Source of the DNA: Candidatus Flemingiibacterium sp.
GTDB lineage: Bacteria > Bacillota > Clostridia > Oscillospirales > CAG-272
Length of the DNA stretch: 64,000 nucleotides
Direction of reading: 5' to 3'
NCBI GenBank assembly: GCA_045578725.1
Contig: JAZNKS010000073.1
Span: 12,902-76,901 of the forward strand
Shown here one piece after another: positions 28,721 to 38,547 of this stretch; position 1 is the stretch's first letter, and each line of letters opens with the position of its first letter. The notes below the pieces were generated by a model. The model was not told the DNA's origin, did not search any database, and worked only from the letters and a program-made list of their open reading frames with translations. The position numbers were made by a program, and so were the translations under genes.

Positions 28721-28789
28721 CCGGATACCGAAAATTCGGCGCAGAAACGGCGCCAGCAGCTTCGGTGAACGCATAACCACAATTTTCAC
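28712..28789 (-). CDS. spoVM: Stage V sporulation protein M (25 aa, not in the ORF track)
   Basis: Manual translation MKIVVMRSPKLLAPFLRRIFGIRKK; Pro9; amphipathic basic helix; RBS GAAAGGA; directly downstream of thiN as in B. subtilis. Confidence 0.85.
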   Translation of the reverse strand: MKIVVMRSPKLLAPFLRRIFGIRKK

Positions 28790-28829
28790 AGTTCATCAAA
28801 TCCTTTCCCAGATCGGCATCTGCCATTAC

Positions 28830-28856
28830 AGAATATGCACGATGCGGAAAAAAAGT
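28830..28856 (-). promoter_or_regulatory. Putative mother-cell (SigE/SigK-type) promoter of spoVM
   Basis: CATATTCT -10 element with AC 17 nt upstream on the minus strand. Confidence 0.45.
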
Positions 28857-29510
28857 TCAATCCCGGCTTTCAATGACAAGCATGACGCCCTTTTCAAGGG
28901 CAATCTCAGCCTTATCGCCGGTTATTTCATTGCTGACCGCGTAGGAATAGCTCCGGGTCAGCTCAACTCCGTCCAGCGGATAATAAACGCCGGAAATGGA
29001 AACGCCCTCACACCGATCGCTCAGCGATACCAGCGAAACATAGTGAAACCCCGGCATCACCGCCATATGGCAGGGGGATCCCTCCGCTTTCATGAGGTGT
29101 ACCCGGTTACGGCCGTCGGTCATATCGGCCACGGCTCCGCGATCGTGGATATACTCCAGCAGAAAAACGCTGGACAGCGTATGATCCAGCCGGCCGCCAA
29201 GGCCCCCGATCAGGTGAATGTGAAGGGCGCCGCGCTCCAGCGCCGTGTCCACCGCCAGCTGGGTATCGGTATCATCCTTAATCGGCGGCACCAGAATCTT
29301 TTCCATCGCGTCCAGTTCATCGGGCCGCAGAGCGGACGAATCCAGCGAATCGAGGTCACCGAGAAGCAGATCCGGCTTGATGCCCAACCGCCGCGCGGTC
29401 AGATATCCGCTGTCAGCGGCGATTTTCAGCGCCGGGCCGGGATCGGGAAGGGCCAGCGCATCCCATTCTTCGGCAAACACCTGCCCGCCGGCAAAAATAT
29501 AGGCTTCCAT
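28857..29510 (-). CDS. thiN: Thiamine pyrophosphokinase
   Basis: IAADSG, GDLDS, KDDTDT, GGLGGRLDH and VSNE motifs. Confidence 0.92.
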   Translation of the reverse strand: MEAYIFAGGQVFAEEWDALALPDPGPALKIAADSGYLTARRLGIKPDLLLGDLDSLDSSALRPDELDAMEKILVPPIKDDTDTQLAVDTALERGALHIHLIGGLGGRLDHTLSSVFLLEYIHDRGAVADMTDGRNRVHLMKAEGSPCHMAVMPGFHYVSLVSLSDRCEGVSISGVYYPLDGVELTRSYSYAVSNEITGDKAEIALEKGVMLVIESRD

Positions 29511-30208
29511 TAAATATCCCCCGATTGGCGGCTGACCTGACACCAGATCATGTAATGGTCGGAGTGCTTTTCTTCCAGCATTCCGCTGTCCTCCAGCTTC
29601 CATCCATCCGAGAACAGGATGTTGTCAATCGCCTTGGATGACTTCCACAAGGAGGGATAGCGCCGGTCGCTCCGGTTCAGCATCCATGCCGCATTCAGCA
29701 CATCAAACTCCTGAAAATTCTCGGTATTGAAATCGCCCGTCAGAATGTACGGTTCTTTCTTCGGAAGAAGCCCTGCCAGCTCGGCAAACTGCCGGGTACG
29801 GATCGCGGCATCCTCTCGTGAGAGAGTCAGATGCGTATTGAAGAAATGAACGGACTGGCCGCAGACATCCAGAAGTGCATGAGCGACCGATCGCTGTTCA
29901 AAGCCGCCCGATTCCAGCAGAACCGATTCAAAGGACAGAATCGGCCAGCGTGACAGAATTCCGTTTCCGTACTCGCCGCCTTCCAGCGGAATGCTCCTTG
30001 AGAAGGCCGAATATTTCATCGTGGATGCTTCGGCAAGCTCCGCCATCGTGTCAACCCGGCGCGAACGGTCAACATGAATATCCACTTCCTGCAGGCCGAC
30101 CACATCCAGCGCCAGCGCTTCAAAGTCATCGGCCAGCGTCTGCATTTTCATATCCACAAACGCACCGTGCTGGATATTATACGAAGCCACTCTCATTTTC
30201 ATAATCAT
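29510..30208 (-). CDS. Endonuclease/exonuclease/phosphatase (EEP) family protein
   Basis: ASYNI, LQEVD, YGNGILSR.PI, NTHL, TGDFN, IDNI and HSDH motifs. Confidence 0.88.
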   Translation of the reverse strand: MIMKMRVASYNIQHGAFVDMKMQTLADDFEALALDVVGLQEVDIHVDRSRRVDTMAELAEASTMKYSAFSRSIPLEGGEYGNGILSRWPILSFESVLLESGGFEQRSVAHALLDVCGQSVHFFNTHLTLSREDAAIRTRQFAELAGLLPKKEPYILTGDFNTENFQEFDVLNAAWMLNRSDRRYPSLWKSSKAIDNILFSDGWKLEDSGMLEEKHSDHYMIWCQVSRQSGDI

Positions 30209-31227
30209 CGACCCGATCCTTTCCGATCCCATTCATGCTTGTTCTTCAGCGCCTCATAAAAGGCCAGAAAGCTCGCGTGCCGTTCGGCCGGGATCTTTCC
30301 TTCGCGCACAGCCGCTAAAATCGCGCAGCCCTCTTCCCTGGTATGCGTGCACTTGGTATATCGGCACTGGCCGATGTACGGTTCAAATTCCCGGAAAACG
30401 TAGGGTAAATCCTCTTTGGTATAAAAATCGTACTGCACAAAATCCAGCATACTGAAGCCGGGCGTGTCGGCGATATAGCCGGCATCCGCATCAAATCCCG
30501 GCAGGCGGTCCAATCCGTACAGCTCGATATGCCGGGTGGTATGGCGGCCGCGCTCGGTTTTGCGGCTGATTTCGCCGGTCTGCAGGCCGAGCGACGGGAA
30601 CAGCCGGTTCAGAAGCGTGGATTTACCGACACCGGATGCGCCGGCGAAGGCTGAAATCTTATTTTTACTCTGCCGGATAAAGGCTCCAAGCCCGCTGTCC
30701 GGCATTTCTTCGCCTTCGATAAAGACCACATAGCCGCATCGACGGTAGATCGAAGCATATGCCTCGGCGGCATCCCCTGCCAGATCAGCCTTGGTGATGA
30801 TAATCACCGGCTCAACCTTTTTGTATTCCGCGACGGTCAGCAGCTTGTCCACCGTCTGCAGAATCGGAGTCGGTCTTGCTGCGGCAAAGACCGCATAGAT
30901 CCGATCCAGATTGGCCATCGGCGGCCGGATCAGCTCATTTTTGCGGGGGAGAATCTCATCGATCATCACACCGGCCTGAATCTCATCCACACCGGCGCGC
31001 CGTTCGGATGTCTCCCCGGCACGATAAAGCTCCGTATCAATACGGAGCTTTACGCTGTCGCCCGGAAGGAGCGTCATTTTTTCATGGCGGAATACACCGC
31101 GTGCCTTGCAGAACAGGCAGGTACCGGCTGTGAATCCTTCCGCAGCCGGCTCGGAATCGGCGATCAGGCGAACCTCATACTGTCCGCCGACCCCCTTGAT
31201 CAGAATGCCTTTGGCTGTGATTTCCAT
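30205..31227 (-). CDS. rsgA: Ribosome small subunit-dependent GTPase A
   Basis: RPPMANLD, TKADL, GASGVGKST, GRHTTR, DTPG and C...C.H..E.GC motifs. Confidence 0.95.
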   Translation of the reverse strand: MEITAKGILIKGVGGQYEVRLIADSEPAAEGFTAGTCLFCKARGVFRHEKMTLLPGDSVKLRIDTELYRAGETSERRAGVDEIQAGVMIDEILPRKNELIRPPMANLDRIYAVFAAARPTPILQTVDKLLTVAEYKKVEPVIIITKADLAGDAAEAYASIYRRCGYVVFIEGEEMPDSGLGAFIRQSKNKISAFAGASGVGKSTLLNRLFPSLGLQTGEISRKTERGRHTTRHIELYGLDRLPGFDADAGYIADTPGFSMLDFVQYDFYTKEDLPYVFREFEPYIGQCRYTKCTHTREEGCAILAAVREGKIPAERHASFLAFYEALKNKHEWDRKGSGR

Positions 31228-32990
31228 TATTCTGCCGCACCCGATTCGCCCTCGCCGACCGGATCAGCGGTTGTTTCCGTCTTTTCGGGGCCAAGGCTCA
31301 TGACAAAGTCGATCTTCGTGCCTTCCGGAACCATTCCGCCGGCCGCATGGCTCTGACGGATGACGATTCCCTCGCGCACGGTATCCGAGTATTCGTAGGT
31401 AACCTCGCCGAGCTTGAAGCCATTGATCCGCAGAACATTCATGACATTCTGCTCGGTACTGCCCTCAAAGTCCGGCATTTTATTGTACTTGATATCCTGA
31501 CCGCTGCTGATATAGAGCGTTACCGTTTCGCCGCGCTTCAGCGTGGTGCCGGCCTCCGGCTCGGTGCGGATAACATAGCCTTCGTTAATATAATCGTGAT
31601 GCTCGGTGACCTCAAACACGATCATGCCCAGCTCATCACGGAGCTCAATCTTGGCGGTGCGGGCATCGCTGTAGGAATAATCCTTCAGCTCGGCCGTTTC
31701 GGCACCCCAGCAGACCGTCAGCTTCAGATCACAGTTCTGCTTGCCGGGGATAATCTTCCGCTTTTCGCCGGGCAGAGGATCCTGCGCGACGATCTCATAG
31801 CGGTCATAGTTGGAGTCATACATATAGGTGACCTCGACTGTGTAGCCGATGTCCTCCAGACTCTTCTTCAGATCCTCGGTGTAGATGCTTTCGGTGTATT
31901 TGGGGATGGTAATCTGACGGGAGTTGTCCGTTGTCGTGACCTCAAACAGCTTGGTCAGTACCACAACCGCCGCAATACAGCAGACAATCAGGAAGGCCGA
32001 TGCGACACCGGCGATTACCGGGAACATCGTCCGGCTGCTGCTGCGCGGAGGCGTGAGCTTCTTGACATTGACGGGCGAATTCTGCACCGTACCGGATGAT
32101 CCGGAAGAGCTTGAAGCCGTCGCTTCATGCTGCGGCATCTTGAAGACAGTTCGCGGGTTGCTCTTGACCTGTGCCACATGGCGGAGCATCTGCGCCGCGC
32201 TCTGGAACCGATGCTCCGGATTCTTTTCCATCGCGCCCAGAATGATCTGCTCCAGTCCCACCGGAATCTGGGCATTGATTTCCCGGGGCGGCTTCGGACG
32301 GTTCTTGACCTGCATGATCGCCACCGTCACCGGGCTGTCGGCCACGAAGGGAAGCTTGCCGGTCGCCATTTCATACATGGTGACACCGAGCGAATAGATG
32401 TCGCTCCGGCGATCGATCATCTTGCCGCTGGCCTGCTCGGGGCTGATATAAAAAACCGTACCGATCGCCTTATCGGTCATCGTAACCGTTTCCGCATTGG
32501 GAAGCTTGGCGATGCCGAAATCCGCGACCTTGATGACGCCGTTCTTCAGCATCATGATATTCTGCGGCTTGATATCCCGGTGAACGATTCCCTTGGCGTG
32601 AGCGTGCTCCAGCGCCAGCAGGATCTGTTCGGTGATATTCATGATTTCGTGGAAGCTGAGCACACGCTTTTTAAGGATATAATTCTTCAGCGTGATGCCT
32701 TCGATCAGCTCCATAACAATATATTTCAGGTTGTCCTTGACCGAAACATCGTAGATATTGACAATGTTGGGATGGGAGAGCATGGCAACCGCCTTGCTCT
32801 CGTTGATGAAGCGCTTGACCGCCTGTGTATCGTTATTGATGTCATCCTTAAGCATCTTTACCGCTACATTCCGGCGCATCAGCAGATCCGTTGCCTCGAA
32901 GACAACAGCCATTCCGCCGATTCCGATAATTTTGATGATACGGTAGCGCTTGTCAAAGACCTGACCTACATATCTTTCAAAGGAATCCAT
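31227..32990 (-). CDS. pknB: PASTA-domain Ser/Thr kinase (Stk1/PrkC/PknB)
   Basis: GIGGMA.V, HRDIKPQN, DFGIA and SPEQA motifs; TM; about 3 PASTA repeats. Confidence 0.95.
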   Translation of the reverse strand: MDSFERYVGQVFDKRYRIIKIIGIGGMAVVFEATDLLMRRNVAVKMLKDDINNDTQAVKRFINESKAVAMLSHPNIVNIYDVSVKDNLKYIVMELIEGITLKNYILKKRVLSFHEIMNITEQILLALEHAHAKGIVHRDIKPQNIMMLKNGVIKVADFGIAKLPNAETVTMTDKAIGTVFYISPEQASGKMIDRRSDIYSLGVTMYEMATGKLPFVADSPVTVAIMQVKNRPKPPREINAQIPVGLEQIILGAMEKNPEHRFQSAAQMLRHVAQVKSNPRTVFKMPQHEATASSSSGSSGTVQNSPVNVKKLTPPRSSSRTMFPVIAGVASAFLIVCCIAAVVVLTKLFEVTTTDNSRQITIPKYTESIYTEDLKKSLEDIGYTVEVTYMYDSNYDRYEIVAQDPLPGEKRKIIPGKQNCDLKLTVCWGAETAELKDYSYSDARTAKIELRDELGMIVFEVTEHHDYINEGYVIRTEPEAGTTLKRGETVTLYISSGQDIKYNKMPDFEGSTEQNVMNVLRINGFKLGEVTYEYSDTVREGIVIRQSHAAGGMVPEGTKIDFVMSLGPEKTETTADPVGEGESGAAE

Positions 32991-33027
32991 TCCTTATCAT
33001 CCTTTCCGCATTGCTGCCTTCGTCCGG

Positions 33028-33834
33028 TTATTCTTCCGTTTTTGTGTACTTGACAAGCACCGCTGTTATGTTGTCCGGACCGCCGGCCGCATTGGCCGCC
33101 TCAATCAGCCGGTCGGTTTTATCCGCCAGCTCGGTTTCCGTGTCGAGAACCACGTCGATGTCCAGATCGGAGGAGATAATGGCATAAATATCCTCCGGCA
33201 GAAGCTGGCCGGAAAGACCGTCGGAGCAAAGGAGAAGATAGCAGACCTTCAGGCTGGAGAGATCAACGGAGAAGATATCCGTTTCAATGTTATTCTTGAT
33301 GCCGACCGCGCGGGTAATTCGGTTGCGGAAGGGATGGCTGCGTGCATCCTCCACGCTGATCTCGCCGCTGTCGATCAGATGCTGAACATAGGAATGGTCA
33401 TGCGTGATCTGGGTGATGGTATTGTCCGAGATCAGATACAGCCGGCTGTCGCCGATATTGACCACATAGACCAGCTCATCGCAGATCAGCGCCGCAACAA
33501 GGGTTGTTCCCATGCCGCGGTATTCCGCCGAGGTCTGGGATTTCTTATATACGGCAATATTGGCGTCGTGCGCCGCATTGTCAAGGATGATACAGGCATC
33601 ATCGCTGGAAAGGCGGAGCATATTGTCTTCATCAATCTTGGCAAGGGCATATTTCAGAACCTTTTCGCAGAAAACCTCAGCCGCGCATTCGCTGGCCACA
33701 TTTCCGCCCTTGGCACCGCCCATACCGTCGCAGACCACACAAAGCGTCGCATTGCTGCTGATCTCACGGATCAGATAATTATCCTGATTGGCAGAGCGAA
33801 CCTTGCCGGTATCGCTTTTACCGTAAAAAAACAT
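33028..33834 (-). CDS. stp1: PP2C-type Ser/Thr phosphatase (Stp1/PrpC)
   Basis: R..NQD, CDGMGG, GMGTT, GDSR, LCSDGL and GG.DNIT motifs. Confidence 0.93.
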   Translation of the reverse strand: MFFYGKSDTGKVRSANQDNYLIREISSNATLCVVCDGMGGAKGGNVASECAAEVFCEKVLKYALAKIDEDNMLRLSSDDACIILDNAAHDANIAVYKKSQTSAEYRGMGTTLVAALICDELVYVVNIGDSRLYLISDNTITQITHDHSYVQHLIDSGEISVEDARSHPFRNRITRAVGIKNNIETDIFSVDLSSLKVCYLLLCSDGLSGQLLPEDIYAIISSDLDIDVVLDTETELADKTDRLIEAANAAGGPDNITAVLVKYTKTEE

Positions 33835-33882
33835 TTCTTCCGTTCATCCTCTCTTGCCTGACACTAAAATGAGCCTTACCTA

Positions 33883-33911
33883 ATTATATTCTATCGATGT
33901 GAATCAGTAAA
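33883..33911 (-). promoter_or_regulatory. Internal SigA-like promoter upstream of stp1-pknB
   Basis: TTTACT-17-TATAAT on the minus strand. Confidence 0.5.
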
Positions 33912-33959
33912 GATTTTTTTGGGGCTGAATTGTTAACAAAGCACCCCGTCGGGGATTTT

Positions 33960-35042
33960 TTACTCCTCCGCCGCTGTTTCGCGGGCCAGCTTGGCCCGGC
34001 GGAGCTGACCGCAGGAGGCATTGATGTCCGAGCCGAGTTTGCGGCGCACAGTGGCATTGATGCCGTTCTTCTCTAAAACAGCGGCAAATCGCTGAACCGC
34101 TTCTGCGGAGGAACGGGAGAATCCGCTCTCCGCCACCTCATTGACCGGAATCAGATTGACATGGATCGGGAAGCTGCGGCCGCCTTCAAACAGGCCCTTC
34201 TTCAGAGCCGCAGCCAGCTGGCCCGCATATTCCGCCGTATCGTTTTTGCCGGCGATCAGCGTATATTCAAAGGAAATTCGTCTTCCGGTCGCCAGAAAAT
34301 ACCGACGGCAGGCAGAAAGCAGAGCGGCGATATTCCACTTTTTGTTGACCGGCATGATGGAGGTGCGGGTTTCGTCATCCGCCGCGTGGAGGGAAATCGA
34401 CAGCGTGATCTGCAGATCCAGCTTTGCCAGCTCATCAATCCGGTCCACCAGACCGCAGGTGGACAGCGAGATATGGCGGCTTCCGATATTCAGTCCCTCG
34501 GGGGCACCGACCAGCTCCAGGAATTTCACTACATTATCATAATTGTCCAGCGGCTCGCCGATTCCCATCATGACGATGTTGGAAATCCGCTCGCCCATAT
34601 CCTTTTCGGCGGCGATCACCTGTCCGAGCAGCTCGGACGGCTCCAGTCTGCGCACAAGGCCGCCAATGGTGGAAGCGCAGAACTTGCATCCCATCGGGCA
34701 GCCGACCTCGCTGGAGATGCAGATGGTATTGCCGTGCTTGTAGCGCATGAATACGCTTTCAATCACATTGCCGTCATACAGGCCAAACAGGTACTTGACC
34801 GTACCATCCAGCTTTGATACCAGCTTTTCTTCCACGGTCGGCAGATTGACAACGGCCTTCTCCTTCAGCGTCTGGCGCAGTTTCTTTGAGAGATTGGTCA
34901 TCCCGTCAAGATCCGTGCCCTTGTGCATCCAGGAAAAAATCTGACCGGCGCGGTATTTCGGCTCACCGAGCGAGGCAAGGAATTCCTCCAGCTCGGCAAT
35001 ATTCATGCTCAGCAAATCGGCTTTTTCGTTGATGGTTGTCAT
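33960..35042 (-). CDS. rlmN: 23S rRNA m2A2503 methyltransferase RlmN
   Basis: GCPMGCKFC radical SAM motif, MGIGEP and ASCGQL. Confidence 0.95.
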   Translation of the reverse strand: MTTINEKADLLSMNIAELEEFLASLGEPKYRAGQIFSWMHKGTDLDGMTNLSKKLRQTLKEKAVVNLPTVEEKLVSKLDGTVKYLFGLYDGNVIESVFMRYKHGNTICISSEVGCPMGCKFCASTIGGLVRRLEPSELLGQVIAAEKDMGERISNIVMMGIGEPLDNYDNVVKFLELVGAPEGLNIGSRHISLSTCGLVDRIDELAKLDLQITLSISLHAADDETRTSIMPVNKKWNIAALLSACRRYFLATGRRISFEYTLIAGKNDTAEYAGQLAAALKKGLFEGGRSFPIHVNLIPVNEVAESGFSRSSAEAVQRFAAVLEKNGINATVRRKLGSDINASCGQLRRAKLARETAAEE

Positions 35043-36379
35043 TTGTTATCCTTACGTCTGAATTTGGCGATAAAGAAGCCGTCGGTATTATCGATATGCG
35101 GATACAGGGTCAGCTGTCCGTTTTTTGATGCCAGCCCGCCGATTTCAAAATCCTCGGCGGCATAATCGCCGTGCGTATCAAGGAAGGCCCGCACCACATC
35201 ACCGTTTTCGCGGCGGTTGAGCGTGCAGGTGGAATAGCAGAGTACGCCGCCCGGCTTGACATACCGGGAAACATTGGCCAGAATCGCCGTCTGGATGGCG
35301 GGGAGCCGCTCGATTTCATCCGCACCCTTATAGCGGATCTCCGGCTTCTTGGCGATCACGCCGAGGCCTGAGCAAGGGGCATCGCAGATCAGGACATCCG
35401 CTGACTTTTCAAGGCCCGCATCAAAAACGGAACCATTCTTTTCTTCGGCCGTCAGAATCGAAATTCCCAGCGACCGCGCCCCGTTTTCGACCAGCGAAAG
35501 CTTATTTTTGTGAAGATCGAAGCTTTTCAGAATGCCGGTATTCTCCATGGCCATCGCCGCCGAGAAGCTCTTGCCGCCCGGGCAGGCGCAGGAATCGATC
35601 ACCGTTTGTCCCGGCTTCGGATCCGCGGCCAATACCGCCAGCTGGGAGGCTTCGTCCTGGACAAAGGCCAATCCCTCATGTACGACGGCCAGCGCCTGCG
35701 GCTGAAGGGAGCCGCCGAGGCGGATGCCGACCGGTGAATAAGCGGTCGCTCCGGCAGAAATGCCGTCCTGCGCCAGCCGTTCAAGAAGTGCCTCGCGCGT
35801 TGTTTTCAGCGTATTGACACGGAGCGTGATCGGCGGATTCTGATGAAAGGCCGCGAGCAGCGCTTCCGGGTCATCGCAGGAATCCGAAAGGATCCGGCAG
35901 ACATCCTCGCCGCAGGAATAGCGAACCGACAGATAATCCGCCCCATCCGCACGGGTGGGCCATGGAAGATTGTCCCGGCTCATTTTGCGGAGAAAGCCGC
36001 GCAGAACCGCATTGACAAAGGAGGCGGCGCGGGGCTGTCTTTTCTTGATAAGCGTCACGCTTTCATTGACCGCCGCGCTTTCCGGGATCCGGTCGAGCCA
36101 GATCAGCTGATAGAGGCCCAGCCGCAGAGCGGTGAGGATTTCATCGTCCAGCGCCGTCAGCTCTTTGGCGGACAGCTGTGCCAGAAAATAATCCAGCGAA
36201 ATTCTCCGCTCGATGACACCGTACACAAGAGCGGTATAAAGACCGCGCTCGGCACCCGTCAGATGAAAGCGGCGGATCGCGGAATCGACCTCCAGATTGG
36301 AGTATTTTTTATCCTTTTCACAGCGCAGAAGGGAGAGAAAGGCCGCCTCGCGCGCCGAATATTCCTTTTGTTCCATCAC
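35039..36379 (-). CDS. rsmB: 16S rRNA m5C967 methyltransferase RsmB
   Basis: NusB-like N-terminus; VQDEAS, CACPGGK, DAPCSG and YSTCT motifs. Confidence 0.95.
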   Translation of the reverse strand: MMEQKEYSAREAAFLSLLRCEKDKKYSNLEVDSAIRRFHLTGAERGLYTALVYGVIERRISLDYFLAQLSAKELTALDDEILTALRLGLYQLIWLDRIPESAAVNESVTLIKKRQPRAASFVNAVLRGFLRKMSRDNLPWPTRADGADYLSVRYSCGEDVCRILSDSCDDPEALLAAFHQNPPITLRVNTLKTTREALLERLAQDGISAGATAYSPVGIRLGGSLQPQALAVVHEGLAFVQDEASQLAVLAADPKPGQTVIDSCACPGGKSFSAAMAMENTGILKSFDLHKNKLSLVENGARSLGISILTAEEKNGSVFDAGLEKSADVLICDAPCSGLGVIAKKPEIRYKGADEIERLPAIQTAILANVSRYVKPGGVLCYSTCTLNRRENGDVVRAFLDTHGDYAAEDFEIGGLASKNGQLTLYPHIDNTDGFFIAKFRRKDNK

Positions 36380-37071
36380 TTGCGGTCGCTCCGTCTGGCA
36401 ATCAGGAAGATCCGGATCAGGTTGGCCAGCGAAACGGCCAGCGCGGCTACATAGGTCAGCGCGGCGGCCGTCAGAACCTTCCGTGAAGAGGCCAGCTCAT
36501 CGCTGTTCAGCCGTCCGGAGGCCTTCAGCGCCTCCATGGCGCGGGAGCTGGCATTGAATTCGGTCGGAAGCGTGACCAGCTGGAAGAGCGTGGAGCATCC
36601 GAAGGCAATCACGCCCAGATACGCCAGTGCGGGAAAGGAGAGCGCAATTCCCAAAAGCACCAGCGGCATAGCTAAATTGGAACCGATATTGGTGATGGGA
36701 ATGATCGCCATGCGGAGCTTGATCGGACCGTACCCGACCGCGTGCTGAACCGCGTGACCGGCCTCATGGGCGGCAACGCCCACCGCGGCCGCGGTATTGA
36801 CACCATATACCGGCTCCGACAGATAGATTGTGTTGTCAGACGGGTTGTAATGGTCGGTCAGCTCGCCCGCTGTCTGCGCGATGCGGACGTTCCGGAGCCC
36901 GTTGGCATCCAGAATGCTCCGTGCGGCATCAAAGCCGGTCATCCCGCATTTTACGGTTTCCTTTGCATAGCGCTTGAAGGTTGAGCTGACATTGGCCTGT
37001 GCCCACATGGCAAAAATCACCGCCGGAAGCACCAGCACAATATAAGCCATATCAATACCCAGAAAATTCAT
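36376..37071 (-). CDS. Neutral zinc metallopeptidase (YugP family)
   Basis: LTDHY.P, AAHEAGHA.Q, EFNAS.RA and AAALTYVA motifs. Confidence 0.9.
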   Translation of the reverse strand: MNFLGIDMAYIVLVLPAVIFAMWAQANVSSTFKRYAKETVKCGMTGFDAARSILDANGLRNVRIAQTAGELTDHYNPSDNTIYLSEPVYGVNTAAAVGVAAHEAGHAVQHAVGYGPIKLRMAIIPITNIGSNLAMPLVLLGIALSFPALAYLGVIAFGCSTLFQLVTLPTEFNASSRAMEALKASGRLNSDELASSRKVLTAAALTYVAALAVSLANLIRIFLIARRSDRK

Positions 37072-37092
37072 GGACAGAATGTCCTCCTCGTG

Positions 37093-38043
37093 TTATCGCT
37101 GATAAACCCGGAAGCAGTCGCCGGGCGCCACCTTGCGGCCGTTGATGAAATCGGCGGCGGCCATCCGGCTCTTTCCTTCGGGAAGAAGATGGGTGACGGC
37201 AATGGAACCGACACGGCAGGCGACCTCGATTTTTCCGTCGGCGCACCGCAGAACCTCACCCGGGTTCGTATGCTCCTTCACCGTATCCGCAAGCTCGGCG
37301 CGGATGATTTTCACAGCACGGTGATTCAGCTCGGCCACCGCAAGCGGGAACGGCGAAAGGCCGCGGATCCGGTTGTATACATGAATGGCCTCGTCATCGA
37401 AGTGGAGAATGCAGTCGGCATTCTCAATTTTGGCGGCATAGGTGGACTTCAGATCGTCCTGCTTTTCGCGGGGAGCCGTTCCGTTTTCGATGGCGGGAAG
37501 CGTTTCCAGCAGCAGGCGGGCGCCGGCCTCGGCCATTTTATCATGGACCGATTCAAAATCGTCGTGCAGTTCGATCGGAACCACGGCTTTGGCGATCATA
37601 TCACCGGTATCGATGCCGGCATCCATATACATGATGGTAATGCCGGTCTCTCTCTCTCCGTCGATGATCGCACGCTGCATGGGAGCCGCGCCGCGGTATT
37701 TGGGCAGAAGGGAGCCGTGAACGCAGATGCTGCCGTATTTCGGATAATCCAGCACATTTTCGGGCAGGATTTTGCCGAAGGCCGCCACCGCGATCAGATC
37801 GGGATTGACAGATTCCAGCAGGGCGGCAAATTCCTCGCCGCGAAGGGTTTTGGGCTGATAGACCGGAATCCCGTGCTCAACGGCACATTCCTTGACCGGA
37901 GGCGGGGTAAGAATCATCTTGCGGCCCTTGGGCTTGTCCGGCTGGGTCACAACACCGATGACATCATAGCCGGCCGAAATCAGAGCCTCCAGCGAGCTGC
38001 GGGCAAAATCGGGGGTGCCCATAAACAGAATTCTCATGCTCAT
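37093..38043 (-). CDS. fmt: Methionyl-tRNA formyltransferase
   Basis: FMGTPDFA, VTQPD and HGSLLPKYRGAAP motifs. Confidence 0.97.
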   Translation of the reverse strand: MSMRILFMGTPDFARSSLEALISAGYDVIGVVTQPDKPKGRKMILTPPPVKECAVEHGIPVYQPKTLRGEEFAALLESVNPDLIAVAAFGKILPENVLDYPKYGSICVHGSLLPKYRGAAPMQRAIIDGERETGITIMYMDAGIDTGDMIAKAVVPIELHDDFESVHDKMAEAGARLLLETLPAIENGTAPREKQDDLKSTYAAKIENADCILHFDDEAIHVYNRIRGLSPFPLAVAELNHRAVKIIRAELADTVKEHTNPGEVLRCADGKIEVACRVGSIAVTHLLPEGKSRMAAADFINGRKVAPGDCFRVYQR

Positions 38044-38513
38044 TCGGCTTCCACCTCATCAGGATCCAGCATACGGATCGCCTTGTCCGTGAACAGAATG
38101 CCCTCCAGATGATCCAGCTCGTGGCAAAAGGCGCGTGCGGCCAGACCCGATCCGGTCACCTGAATCCATTCGCCGTCCAGATTCATGGCCCGGACGGTGA
38201 CCGTCATCGGACGGTCGGTGATGCCCCAGCGATCCGGAACCGACAGACAGCCCTCGGCTTCATTCTGCTTGCCCTCCCGCTTGATGATCTCGGGGTTGAT
38301 CAGGATGTAGGGCTTGCCCTCTTCCACCTCAACGATGACCATCCGGCGGAGCTTTCCCACCTGTACGGCGGCCAGACCGCATCCGTTGGCGGCCCGCATC
38401 GTTTCCAGCATATCTGCGGCCAGCAGACGGATCCGATCGTCGATTTTCTCGATCGGGCGGCTCTTTTTGCGGAGGATGGGATCGCCATCCTTTACTATAT
38501 TCAGCTTAGCCAT
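38040..38513 (-). CDS. def: Peptide deformylase
   Basis: GCGLAAVQ, EGCLS and HELDHLEG motifs. Confidence 0.97.
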   Translation of the reverse strand: MAKLNIVKDGDPILRKKSRPIEKIDDRIRLLAADMLETMRAANGCGLAAVQVGKLRRMVIVEVEEGKPYILINPEIIKREGKQNEAEGCLSVPDRWGITDRPMTVTVRAMNLDGEWIQVTGSGLAARAFCHELDHLEGILFTDKAIRMLDPDEVEAE

Positions 38514-38547
38514 AATTATGCATTCCTTTCTGCCTGTTCTGGTTCCC

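Noticed and set aside
27747-28826. 359-aa minus-strand ORF
   Set aside because: Shadow of upp and the PPTase; the real small gene here is spoVM in a different frame
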